Positions 27,001 to 42,000 of a stretch of DNA of 64,000 nucleotides are shown one piece after another. This DNA comes from Eledone cirrhosa (lineage: Eukaryota): contig OZ024743.1 of the NCBI GenBank assembly GCA_964016885.1, positions 276,954,001 to 277,018,000 of the forward strand, read 5' to 3'. The notes under the pieces were generated by a model. That model was not told where the DNA came from. It did no database searches and saw only the letters and a list, made by a program, of their open reading frames with translations. A program made the translations under genes and the position numbers. Every line of letters starts with the position of its first letter. Positions within the stretch are counted from its first letter, which is position 1.

Positions 27001-30000
27001 GAAAATTAAGATTACTGGTGTCTGATACTGGATAAAATTAAGATTATTGGTGTCTGATTCTGGGGAAGATTAAGATTACTGGTGTCTGATACTGGATAAC
27101 ATTAAGATTACTGGTGTCTGATACTGGGGAAGATTAAGATTACTGGTGTCTGATACTGGATAAAATTAAGATTACTGGTGTCTGATACTGGGGAAGATTA
27201 AGATTACTGGTGTCTGATACTGGTTAAAATTAAGATTACTGGTGTCTGATACCGGTTAAAATGAAGAATACAGGTGTCTGATACTGGTTAAAATTAAGAT
27301 TACTGGTGTCTGATACTGGGGAAGATTAAGATTACTGGTGTCTGATACTGGATAAAATTAAGATTACTGGTGTCTGATACTGGGGAAGATTAAGATTACT
27401 GGTGTCTGATACTGGTTAAAATTAAGATTACTGGTGTCTGATACTGGGGAAAATTAAGATTACTGGTGTCTGATACTGGTTAAAATTAAGATTACTGGTG
27501 TCTGATACTGGTTAAAATGAAGATTACAGGTGTCTGATACTGGTTAAAATTAAGATTACTGGTGTCTGATACTGGTTAAAATTAAGATTACTGGTGTCTG
27601 ATACTGGTTAAAATTAAGATTACTGGTGTCTGATACTGGGGAAAATTAAGATTACTGGTGTCTGATACTGTATAAAATTAAGATTACTGGTGTCTGATAC
27701 TGGTTAAAATGAAGATTACAGGTGTCTGATACTGGTTAAAATTAAGATTACTGGTGTCTGATACTGGGGAAAATTAAGATTACTGGTGTCTGATACTGTA
27801 TAAAATTAAGATTACTGGTGTCTGATACTGGGGAAAATTAACATTACTGGTGTCTGATGTGGGGAAAATTAAGATTACTTGTGTCTGATACTGGGGAAGA
27901 TTAAGATTACTGGTGTCTGATACTGGGGAAAATGAAGATTACTGGTGTCTGATACTGGGGAAAATTAAGATTACTGGTGTCTGATAATTGGGAAAATTAA
28001 GATTACTGGTGTCTGATACTGGGGAAAATTAAGATTACTGGTGTCTGATACTGGGGAAGATTAAGACTACTGGTGTCTGATACTGGGGAAAATTAAGATT
28101 ACTGGTGTCTGATACTGGGGAAGATTAATATTACTGGTGTCTGATACTGGGGAAAATTAAGATTACTGGTGTCTGATACTGGGGAAAATTAAGATTACTG
28201 GTGTCTGATAATGGGGAAGATTAAGATTACTGGTGTCTGATACTGGATAAAATTAAGATTACTGGTGTCTGATACTGGGGAAAATTAAGATTACTGGTGT
28301 CTGATACTGGGGAAGATTAAGATTACTGGTGTCTGATACTGGTGAAAATTAAGATTACTGGTGTCTGATACTGAGGAAAATTAAGATTACTGGTGTCTGA
28401 TACTGGATAAAATTAAGATTACTGGTGTCTGATACTGGGGAAAATTAAGATTACTGGTGTCTGATACTGGGGAAGATTAAGATTACTGGTGTCTGATACT
28501 GCTGAAAATTAAGATTACTGGTGTCTGATACTGGGGAAAATTAAGATTACTGGTGTCTGATACTGGGGAAAATTAAGATTACTTGTGTCTGATACTAGGG
28601 AAAATAAAGATAACTGGTGTCTGATACTGGGGAAAATTAAGATTACTGGTGTCTGATACTGGATAAAATTAAGATTACTGGTGTCTGATACTGGGGAAAA
28701 TTAAGATTACTGGTGTCTGATACTGGGGAAAATTAAGATTACTTGTGTCTGATACTAGGGAAAATTAAGATAACTGGTGTCTGATACTGGGGAAAATTAA
28801 GATTACTGGTGTCTGATACTGGATAAAATTAAGATTACTGGTGTCTGGTACTGGGGAAAATTAAGATTACTGGTGTCTGATACTGGATAAAATTAAGATA
28901 ACTGGTGTCTGGTACTGGGGAAAATTAAGATTACTTGTGTCTGATACTAGGGAAAATTAAGATCACTGGTGTCTGATACTGGATAAAATTAAGATAACTG
29001 GTGTCTGATACTGGGGAAGATTAAGATTACTGGTGTCTGATACTGGTTAAAGTTAAGATTACTGGTGTCTGATACTGGGGAAGATTAAGATTACTTGTGT
29101 CTGATACTGGATAAAGTTAAGATTACTGGTGTCTGATACTGGGGAAGATTAACATTACTGGTGTCTGATACTGGATAAAATTAAGATTACTGGTGTCTGA
29201 TACTGGGGAAGATTAACATTACTGGTGTCTGATACTGGTTAAAATTAAGATTACTGGTGTCTGATACTGGATAAAATTAAGATTATTGGTGTCTGATTCT
29301 GGGGAAGATTAAGATTACTAGTGTCTGATACTGGATAAAATTAAGATTATTGGTGTCTGATTCTGGGGAAGATTAAGATTACTGGTGTCTGATAATTGGG
29401 AAAATTAAGATTACTGGTGTCTGATACTGGTTAAAGTTAAGATTACTGGTGTCTGATACTGGGGAAGATTAAGATTACTGGTGTCTGATACTGGATAAAA
29501 TTAAGATTACTGGTGTCTGATACTGGATAAAATTAAGATTACTGGTGTGTGATACTTTGGAAAATTAAGATTACTGGTGTCTGATACTGGATAAAATTAA
29601 GATTACTGGTGTCTGATAATTGGGAAAATTAAGATTACTGGTGTCTGATACTTGGGAAGATTAAGATTACTGGTGTCTGATACTGGGGAAAATTAAGATT
29701 ACTGGTGTCTGATACTGCGGAACATTAAGATTACTGGTGTCTGATACTGGAAAAAATTAAGATTACTGGTGTCTGATGCTGGGGAAAACAAAGATTACTG
29801 GTGTCTGATACTGGATAAAACTATGATTACTGGTGTCTGACACTGTGGAAAATTAAGATTACTGGTGTCTGATACTGGATAAAATTATGATTAACGGTGT
29901 CTGATACTGTGGAAAATTCAGATTACTGGTGTCTGATACTGCGGAAAATTAAGATTACTGGTGTCTGATGCTGGGGAAATCAAAGATTACTGGTGTCTGA

Positions 30001-33000
30001 TATGGATAAAATTAAGATTACTGGTGTCTGATACTGTAGAAAATTAAGATTACTGGTGTCTGATACTGCGGAAAATTAAGATTACTGGTGTCTGATGCTG
30101 GATAAAATTATGATTACTGGTGTCTGATTCTGGGGAAAATTAAGATTACTGGTGTCTGATGCTGGGGAAATCAAAGATTACTGGTATCTGATACTGGATA
30201 AAATAAAGATTACTGGTGTGTGATACTGTTGAAAATTAAGATTACTGGTGTCTGATACTGGGTAAAATTAAGATTACTGGAGTGTGATACTGGGGAAAAT
30301 TAAGATTACTGGTGTCCGATATTGGTTAAAATTTAGATTACCGGTGTCTGACACTGGGGAAATCAAAGATTACTGGTGTCTGATCCTGAATAAAATTAAG
30401 ATTACTGGTGTGTGATACTGGGGAAAATTAAGATTACTGGTGTCTGATACTGGATAAAATTAAGATTACTGGTGTCTGATACTGGACAAAATTAAGATCA
30501 CTGGTGTCTGAAACTGAGGAAAATTAAGATTACTGGTGTCTGATACAGGTTAAAAATTAGATTACTGGTGTCTGATACTGGGGAAATCAAAGATTACTGG
30601 TGTCTGATACTGCATAAAATTAAGATTACTGGTGTCTGATACTGGATAAAATTAAGATTACTGGTGTCTGATACTGGATAAAATTAATATTACTGGTGTC
30701 TGATACTGGATAAAATTATGATTACTGGTGTGTGATACTAGGGAAAATTAAGATTACTGGTGTCTGATACTGGGGAAAATTAAGATTACTGCTGTCTGAA
30801 ACTGGGGAAAATTAATATTACTGGTGTCTGATACTGGATAAAATTAAGATTACTGGTGTCTGATACTGGATAAAAGTAATATTACTGGTGTCTGATACTG
30901 GATAAAATTAAGATTATTGGTGTGTGATACTAGGGAAAATTAAGATTACTGGTGTCTGATACTGGGGAAAATTATGATTACTGGTGTCTGATACTGGATA
31001 AAATTAACATTACTGGTGTCTGATACTGGATAAAACTAATATTACTGGTGTCTGATACTGGATAAAATTATGATTACTGGTGTGTGATACTGGGGAAAAT
31101 TAAGATTACTGGTGTCTGATACTGGGGAAAATTAAGATTACAGGTGTCTGATACTGTGGAAAATTAAGATTACTGGTGCCTGATACTGGGGAAAATTAAG
31201 ATTACTGGTATCTGATACTGGATAAAATTAAGATTACTGGTATCTGATACTGGATAAAACTAACATTACTGGTGTCTGATACTGGATAAAACTAAGATTA
31301 CTGGTGTCTGATACTGGGGAAAATTAACATTACTGGTGTCTGATACTGCATAAAACTAACATTACTGGTGTCTGATACTGGATAAAACTAACATTACTGG
31401 TGTCTGATACTGGGGAAAATTTACATTACTGGTGTCTGATACTGGATAAAACTAACATTACTGGTGTCTGATACTGCATAAAATTAAGATTACTGGTGTC
31501 TGATACTGGATAAAATTAACATTACTGGTGTCTGATACTGGATAAAATTAAGATTACTGGTGTCTGATACTGGATAAAATTAAGATTACTGGTGTCTGTT
31601 ACTGGATAAAATTAAGATTACTGGTGTCTGATACTGGATAAAATTAATATTACTGGTGTCTGATACTGGATAAAATTATGGTTACTGGTGTCTGATACTG
31701 TGGAATATTAAGATTACTGGTGTCTGATACTGCGGAAAATTAAGATTACTGGTGTCTGATGCTGGGGAAATCAAAGATTACTGGTGTCTGATACTGGATA
31801 AAATTATGATTACTGGTGTCTGATACTGTGGAAAATTAATAATACTGGTGTCTGATACTGGATAAAATTAAGATTACTGGTGTCTGATACTGTAGAAAAT
31901 TAAGATTACTGGTGTCTGATACTGTGGAAAATTAAGATTAATGGTGTCTGATACTGGATAAAATTAAGATTACTGGTGTCTGATACTGGATAAAATTATG
32001 ATTACTGGTGTCTGATACTGGGGAAAATTAAGATTACTGGTGTCTGATGCTGGGGAAATCAAAGATTACTGGTGTCTGATACTGGATAAAATAAAGATTT
32101 CTGGTGTGTGATATTGTTGAAAATTAAGATTACTGGTGTCTGATACAGGTTAAAATTTAGATTACTGGTGTCTGATACTGGGGAAAATTAAGATTACTGG
32201 TGTCTGATACTGGGGAAAATTATGATTACTGGTGTCTGATACTGGGGAAAATTAAGATTACTGGTGTCTGATACTGGATAAAATTAAGATTACTGGTGTC
32301 TGATACTGGACAAAATTAAGATCACTGGTGTCTGATACTGGACAAAATTAAGATCACTGGTGTCTGAAACTGAGGAAAATTAACATTACTGGTGTCTGAT
32401 ACTGGATAAAATTAAGATTACTGGTGTCTGATACTGGGGAAAATTAAGATTACTGGTGTCTGATACTGGATAAAATTAAGATTACTGGTGTCTGATACTG
32501 GGGAAAATTATGATTACTGGTGCCTGATACTGGGGAAAATGAAGATTACTGGTGTCTGATACTGGATAAAATTAAGATTACTGGTGTCTGATACTGCGGA
32601 AAATTAAGATTACTGGTGTCTGATACTGGGGAAAATTAAGATTACTGGTGTCTGATGCTGGGGAAATCAAAGATTACTGGTGTCTGATACTGGATAAAAT
32701 TATGATTACCGGTGTCTGATACTGTGGAAAATTAAGATTACTGGTGTCTGATACTGTGGAAAATTAAGATTACTGGTGTCTGATGCTGGGGAAATCAAAG
32801 ATTACTGGTGTCTGATACTGGATAAAATTATGATTACTGGTGTCTGATACTGTGGAAAATTAAGATTACTGGTGTCTGATACTGTGGAAAATTAAGATTA
32901 CTGGTGTCTGATACTGGGGAAAATTAAGATTACTGCTGTCTGAAACTGGGGAAAATTAAGATTACTGGTGTCTGATACTGGTTAAAATTTAGATTACTGG

Positions 33001-36000
33001 TGTCTGATACTGGATAAAATTAAGATTACTGGTCTCTGATACTGGGGAAAATTAAGATTACTGGTGTCTGATACTGGATAAAATTATGATTACTGGTGTC
33101 TGATACTGGGGAAAACTAAGATTAATGGTGTCTGATACTGGATAAAATTAATATTAGTGGTGTCTGATACTGGATAAAATTAAGATTATTGATGTGTGAT
33201 ACTAGGGAAAATTAAGATTGCTGGTGTCTGATACTGGGGAAAATTAAGATTACTGGTGTCTGATACTGGATAAAATTAACATTACTGGTGTCTGATACTG
33301 GATAAAACTAATATTACTGGTGTCTCATACTGGATAAAATTATGATTACTGGTGTGTGATACTGGGGAAAATTAAGATTACTGGTGTCTGATACTGGGGA
33401 AAATTAAGATTACTGGTGTCTGATGCTGGGGAAATCAAAGATTACTGGTGTCTGATACTGGGGAAAATTAAGCTTACTGGTATCTGATACTGGATAAAAC
33501 TAACATTACTGGTGTCTGATACTGGGGAAAAGTAACATTACTGGTGTCTGATACTGGATAAAACTAACATTACTGGTGTTTGATACTGGGGAAAATTAAC
33601 ATTACTGGTGTCTGATACTGGATAAAATTAACATTACTGGTGTCTGATACTGGATAAAATTAACATTACTCGTGTCTGATACTGGATAAAATTAAGATTA
33701 CTGGTGTGTGATACTTTGGAAAATTAAGATTACTGGTGTCTGATACTGGATAAAATTAAGATTACTGGTGTCTGATACTGGATAAAATTAAGATAACTGG
33801 TGTCTGATACTGGGGAAAATTATGATTACTGGTGTCTGATACTGGGGAAAATTAAGATTACTGCTGTCTGAAACTGGGGAAAATTAAGATTACTGGTGTC
33901 TGATACTGGTTAAAATTTAGATTACTGGTGTCTGATACTGCGGAAAATTAAGATTACTGGTGTCTGATACTGGGGAAAATTAAGATTACTGGTGTCTGAT
34001 ACTGGATAAAATTAAGATTACTGGTGTCTAATACTGGGGAAAAGTAAGATTACTGGTGTCTGATACTGGATAAAATTAGGATTACTGGTGTCTGATACTG
34101 GATAAAATTAAGATAACTGGTGTCTGATACTGGGGAAAATTATGATTACTGGTGTCTGATACTGGGGAAAATTAAGATTACTGCTGTCTGAAACTGGGGA
34201 AAATTAAGATTACTTGTGTCTGATACTGGTTAAAATTTAGATTACTGGTGTCTGATACTGCGGAAAATTAAGATTACTGGTGTCTGATACTGGGGAAAAC
34301 TAAGATTACTGGTGTCTGATACTGGATAAAATTAAGAATACTGGTGTCTGATACTGGACAAAATTAAGATAACTGGTGTCTGATACTGGGGAAAATTATG
34401 ATTACTGGTGTCTGATACTGGGGAAAATTAAGATTACTGGTGTCTGATACTGGATAAAATTAAGATTACTGGTGTCTGATACTGCGGAAAATTAAGATTA
34501 CTGGTGTCTGATACTGGGGAAAATTAAGATTACTGGTGTCTGATGCTGGGGAAATCAAAGATTACTGGTGTCTGATACTGGATAAAATTATGATTACTGG
34601 TGTCTGATACTGTGGAAAATTAAGATTACTGGTGTCTGATACTAGATAAAATTATCATTACCGGTGTCTGACACTGTGGAAAATTAAGATTACTGATGTC
34701 TGATACTGGGGAAAATTAAGATTACTGGTGTCTGATGCTGGGGAAATCAAAGATTACTGGTGTCTGATACTGGATAAAATTGTGAATACTGGTGTCTGAT
34801 ACTGTGGAAAATTAAGATTACTGGTGTCAGATACTGGATAAAATTAAGATTATTGGTGTCTGATACTGTGGAAAATTAAGATTGCTGGTGTCTGATACTG
34901 TGGAAAATTAAGATTACTGGTGTCTGATACTGGATAAAATTAAGATTACTGGTGTCTGATACTGGATAAAATTATGATTACTGGTGTCTGATACTGGGGA
35001 AAATTAAGATTACTGGTGTCTGATGCTGGGGAAATCAAAGATTACTGGTGTCTGATACTGGATAAAATTATGATTACTGGTGTCTGATACTGTGGAAAAT
35101 TAAGATTACTGGTGCCTGATACTGGGGAATATTAAGATTACTGGTATCTGATACTGGATAAAATTAAGATTACTGGTGTCTGATACTGGATAAAATTAAG
35201 ATTACTGGTGTCTGATACTGGGGAAAATTAAAATTACTGGTGTCTGAAACTGGGGAAAATTAAGATTACTGGTGTCTGATACTGGATAAAACTAAGATTA
35301 CTGGTGTTTGATACTGGGGAAAATTAACATTACTGGTGTCTGATACTGGATAAAATTAACATTACTGGTGTCTGATACTGGATAAAATTAAGATTACTGG
35401 TGTCTGATACTGGATAAAATTAAGATTACTGGTGTGTGATACTGGGGAAAATTAAGATTACTGGTGTCTGATACTGGATAAAATTAAGATTACTGGTGTC
35501 TGATACTGGGGAAAATTATGATTACTGGTGTCTGATACTGGGGGAAATTAAGATTACTGGTGTCTGATACTGGATAAAATTAAGATTACTGGTGTCTGAT
35601 ACTGGGGAAAATTAAAATTACTGGTGTCTGATACTGGATAAAATTAAGAATAATGGTGTCTGATACTGGATAAAATTAAGTTAACTGGTGTTTGATATTG
35701 GGGAAAATTATGATTACTGGTGTTTGATATTGGGGAAAATTAAGATTACTGGTGTCTGATACTGTGGAAAATTAAGATTACTGGTGTCTGATGCTGGGGA
35801 AATCAAAGATTACTGGTGTCTGATACAGGATAACATTAAGATTACTGGTGTCTGATACGGGATAAAATTAATATTACTGGTGTCTGATACTGGATAAAAC
35901 TAATATTACTGGTGTCTGATACTGGATAAAATTATGATTACTGGTGTCTGATACTGTGGAAAATTAAGATTACTGGTGCCTGATACTGGGGAAAATTAAG

Positions 36001-39000
36001 ATTACTGGTATCTGATACTGGATAATTTTAAGATTACTGGTGTCTGATACTGGATAAAATTAACATTACTGGTGTCTGATACTGGATAAAACTAACATTA
36101 CTGGTGTCTGATACAGGGGAAAATTAACATTACTGGTGTCTGATACTGGACAAAACTAACATTACTGGTGTCTGATACTGGATAAAACTAACATTACTGG
36201 TGTCTGATACTGGATAAAACTAACATTACTGGTGTCTGATACTGGGGAAAATTAACATTACTGGTGTCTGATACTGGATAAAACTAACATTACTGGTGTC
36301 TGATACTGGATAAAATTAAGATTACTGGTGTGTGATACTGGGGAAAATTAAGATTACTGGTGTCTGATACTGCATAAAATTAAGATTACTGGTGTCTGAT
36401 ACTGGATAAAAGTAACATTACTGGTGTCTGATACTGAATATAATTAAGATTACTGGTGTCTGATACTGGATAAAATTAAGATTACTGGTGTCTGATACTG
36501 GGGAAAATTAAGATTACTGGTGTCTGATACTGGATAAAATTAAGATTACTGGTGTCTGATACTGGATAAAATTAAGATTACTGGTGTCTGATACTGGATA
36601 AAATTATGATTACTGGTGTGAGATACTGGGGAAAATTAAGATTACTGGTGTCTGATACTGGTTAAAATTTAGATTACTGGTGTCTGATACTGCGGAAAAT
36701 TAAGATTACTGGTGTCTGATACTGGGGAAAATTAAGATTACTGGTGTCTAATACTGGGGAAAACTAAGATCACTGGTGTCTGATACTGGATAAAATTAAG
36801 ATTACTGGTGTCTGATACTGGATAAAATTAAGATAACTGGTGTCTGATACTGGGGAAAATTATGATTACTGGTGTCTGATACTGGGGAAAATTAAGATTA
36901 CTGCTGTCTGAAACTGGGGAAAATTAAGATTACTGGTGTCTGATACTGGTTAAAATTTAGATTACTGGTGTCTGATACTGCGGAAAATTAAGATTACTGG
37001 TGTCTGATACTGCGGAAAATTAAGATTACTGGTGTCTGATACTGGATAAAATTAAGATTACTGGTGTCTAATACTAGGGAAAACTAAGATTACTGGTGTC
37101 TGATCCTGGATAAAATTAAGATTACTGGTGTCTGATACTGGATAAAATTAGATAACTGGTGTCTGATACTGGGGAAAATTATGATTACTAGTGTCTGATA
37201 CTGGGGAAAATTAAGATTACTGGTGTCTGATACTGGGGAAAATTAAGATTACTGGTGTCTGATGCTGGGGAAATCAAAGATTACTGGTGTCTGATACTGG
37301 ATAAAATTATGATTACCGGTGTCTGATACTGTGGAAAATTAAGATTACTGGTGTCTGATACTGGGGAAAATTAAGATTACTGGTGTCTGATGCTGGGGAA
37401 ATCAAAGATTACAGGTGTCTGATACTGGATAAAATTATGATTACTGGTGTCTGATACTGTGGAAAATTAAGATTACTGGTGTCTGATACTGTGGAAAATT
37501 AAGATTACTGGTGTCTGATACTGGGGAAAATTAAGATTACTGGTGTCTGATACTGGATAAAATTAAGATTACTGGTGTCTGATACTGGATAAAATTATGA
37601 TTACTGGTATGTGATACTGGGGAAAATTAAGATTACTGGTGTCTGATACAGGATAAAATTAAGATTACTGGTGTCTGATACTGGGGGAAATTAAGATTAC
37701 TGGTGTATGATACTGGATAAAATTAAAGTTACTGGTGTCGGATACTGGATAAAATTAAGATTACTGGTGTCTGATACTGGGGAAAATTAAGATTACTGGT
37801 GTCTGATACCGGGGAAAATTAAGATTACTGGTGTCTGATACTGGGTAATATTAAGATTACTGGTGTCTGATACTGGATAAAATTAGAGATTACTGGTGTC
37901 TGATACTGGATAAAATTATGATTACTGGTGTGTGATACTGGGGAAAATTAAGATTACTGGCGTCTGATACTCGATAAAATTAAGATTACTGGTGTCTGAT
38001 ACTGGACAAAATTATGATTACTGGTGTGTGATACTGGGGAAAATTATGATTACTGGTGTGTGATACTGGGGAAAATTAAGATTACTGGTGTCTGATACTG
38101 GATAAAATTAAGATTACTGGTGTCTGATACTGGATAAAATTATGATTACTGGTGTGTGATACTGGGGAAAATTATGATTACTGGTGTGTGATACTGGGGA
38201 AAATTAAGATTACTGGCGTCTGATACTGGATAAAATTAAGATTACTGGTGTCTGATACTGGATAAAATTATGATTACTGGTGTGTGATACTGGGGAAAAT
38301 TAAGATTACTGGCGTCTGATACTCGATAAAATTAAGATTACTGGTGTCTGATACTGGACAAAATTAAGATTACTGGTGACTGATACTGGATAAAATTTAG
38401 ATTACTTGTGTCTGATACTGCGGAAAATTAAGATTACTGGTGTCTGATACTGAGGAAAATTAAGATTACTGGTGTCTAATACTGGGGAAAATTAAGATTA
38501 CTGGTGTCTGATACTGGATAAAATTAAGAATACTGGTGTCTGATACTGGATAAAATTAAGATAACTGGTGTCTGATACAGGGGAAAATTATGATTACTGG
38601 TGTCTGATACTGGGGAAAATTAAGATTACTGGTGTCTGATACTGGATAAAATTAAGATTACTGGTATCTGATACTGCGGAAAATTAAGATTACTAGTGTC
38701 TGATACTGGGGAAAATTAAGATTACTGGTGTCTGATGCTGGGGAAATCAAAGATTACTGGTGTCTGATACTGGATAAAATTATGATTACTGGTGTCTGAT
38801 ACTGTGGAAAATTAAGATTACTGGTGTCTGATACTGGATAAAATTATGATTACCGGTGTCTGATACTGTGAAAAATTAAGATTACTGGTGTCTGATACTG
38901 GGGAAAATTAAGATTACTGGTGTCTGATACTGGTTAAAATTTAGATTACTGGTGTCTGATACTGCGGAAAATTAAGATTACTGGTGTCTGATACTGGGGA

Positions 39001-42000
39001 AAATTAAGATTACTGGTGTCTAATACTGGGGAAAACTAAGATCACTGGTGTCTGATACTGGATAAAATTAAGTTTACTGGTGTCTGATACTGGATAAAAT
39101 TAAGATAACTGGTGTCTGATACTGGGGAAAATTATGATTACTGGTGTCTGATACTGGGGAAAATTAAGATTACTTCTGTCTGAAACTGGGGAAAATTAAG
39201 ATTACTGGTGTCTGATACTGGTTAAAATTTAGATTACTGGTGTCTGATACTGCGGAAAATTAAGATTACTGGTGTCTGATACTGGGGAAAATTAAGATTA
39301 CTGGTGTCTGATACTGGATAAAATTAAGATTACTGGTGTCTGATACTGGGGAAAACTAAGATTACTGGTGTCTGATACTAGATAAAATTAAGATTACTGG
39401 TGTCTGATACTGGATAAAATTAAGATAACTGGTGTCTGATACTGGGGAAAATTATGATTACTGGTGTCTGATACTGTGGAAAATTAAGATTACTGGTGTC
39501 TGATACTGGATAAAATTAAGATTACTGGTGTCTGATACTGCGGAAAATTAAGATTGCTGGTGTCTGATACTGGGGAAAATTAAGATTACTGGTGTTTGAT
39601 GCTGGGGAAATCAAAGATTACTGGTGTCTGATACTGGATAAAATTATGATTACTGGTGTCTGATACTGTGGAAAATTAAGATTACTGGTGTCTGATACTG
39701 TGGAAAATTAAGATTACTGGTGTCTGATACTGGGGAAAATTAAGATTACTGGTGTCTGATACTGGATAAAATTAAGATTACTGGTGTCTGATACTGGATA
39801 AAATTAAGATTACTGGTGTCTGATACTGGATAAAATTATGATTACTGGTATGTGATACTGGGGAAAATTAAGATTACTGGTGTCTGATACAGGATAGAAT
39901 TAAGATTACTGGTGTCTGATACTGGATAAAATTAAGATTACTGGTGTCTGATACTGTGGAAAATTAAGATTACTGGTGTCTGATACTGGATAAAATTAAA
40001 GTTACTGCTGTCGGATACTGGATAAAATTAAGATTACTGGTGTCTGATACTGTGGAAAATTAAGATTACTGGTGTCTGATACTGGGGAAAATTAAGATTA
40101 CTGGTGTCTGATACTGGATAAAATTATGATTACTGAGGTCTGATACTGTGGAAAATTAAGATTACTGGTGTCTGATACTGGATAAAATTATGATTACTGA
40201 GGTCTGATACTGTGGAAAATTAAGATTACTGGTGTCTGATACTGGATAAAATTATGATTACAGGTGTCTGATACTGGATAAAATTATGATTACCGGCGTC
40301 TGATACTGTGGAAAATTAAGATTACTGGTGTCTGGTACTGTGGAAAATTAAGATTACTGGTGTCTGATGCTGGGGAAATCAAAGATTACTGGTGTCTGAT
40401 ACTGGATAAAATTATGATTACTGGTGTCTGATACTGTGGAAAATTAAGATTACTGGTGTCTGATACTGGATAAAATTATGATTACTGGTGTGAGATACTG
40501 GGGAAAATTAAGATTACTGGTGTCTGATACTGGTTAAAATTTAGATTACTGGTGTCTGATACTGCGGAAAATTAAGATTACTGGTGTCTGATACTGGGGA
40601 AAATTAAGATTACTGGTGTCTGATACTGGATAAAATTAAGATTACTGGTGTCTAATACTGCGGAAAATTAAGATTACTGGTGTCTGATACTGGATAAAAT
40701 TAAGATTACTGGTGTCTGATACTGCGGAAAATTAAGATTACTGGTGTCTGATACTGCGGAAAATTAAGATTACTGGTGTCTGATACTGGATAAAATTAAG
40801 ATTACTGGTGTCTAATACTAGGGAAAACTAAGATTACTGGTGTCTGATCCTGGATAAAATTAAGATTACTGGTGTCTGATACTGGATAAAATTAGATAAC
40901 TGGTGTCTGATACTGGGGAAAATTATGATTACTAGTGTCTGATACTGGGGAAAATTAAGATTACTGGTGTCTGATACTGGATAATATTAAGATTACTGGT
41001 GTCTGATACTGCGGAAAATTAAGATTACTGGTGTCTGATACTGGGGAAAATTAAGATTACTGGTGTCTGATGCTGGGGAAATCAAAGATTACTGGTGTCT
41101 GATACTGGATAAAATTATGATTACCGGTGTCTGATACTGTGGAAAATTAAGATTACTGGTGTCTGATACTGGGGAAAATTAAGATTACTGGTGTCTGATA
41201 CTGGGGAAAATTAAGATTACTGGTGTCTGATGCTGGGGAAATCAAAGATTACAGGTGTCTGATACTGGATAAAATTATGATTACTGGTGTCTGATACTGT
41301 GGAAAATTAAGATTACTGGTGTCTGATACTGTGGAAAATTAAGATTACTGGTGTCTGATACTGGGGAAAATTAAGATTACTGGTGTCTGATACTGGATAA
41401 AATTAACATTACTGGTGTCTGATACTGGATAAAATTATGATTACTGGTATGTGATACTGGGGAAAATTAAGATTACTGGTGTCTGATACAGGATAAAATT
41501 AAGATTACTGGTGTCTGATACTGGGGAAAATTAAGATTACTGGTGTCTGATACCGGGGTAAATTAAGATTACTGGTGTCTGATACTGGATAAAATTAAAG
41601 TTACTGGTGTCGGATACTGGATAAAATTAAGATTACTGGTGTCTGATACTGGATAAAATTAAGATTACTGGTGTCTGATACCGGGGTAAATTAAGATTAC
41701 TGGTGTCTGATACTGGATAAAATTAAGATTACTGGTGTCTGATACTGGATAAAATTAGAGATTACTGGTGTCTGATACTGGATAAAATTATGATTACTGG
41801 TGTGTGATACTGGGGAAAATTAAGATTACTGGTGTCTGATACTGGATAAAATTATGATTACTGGTGTCTGATACTGGATAAAATTATGATTACTGGTGTC
41901 TGATACTGGATAAAATTAAGATTACTGGTGTCTGATACTGGATAAAATTATGATTACTGGTGTGTGATACTGGGGAAAATTAAGATTACTGGTGTCTGAT

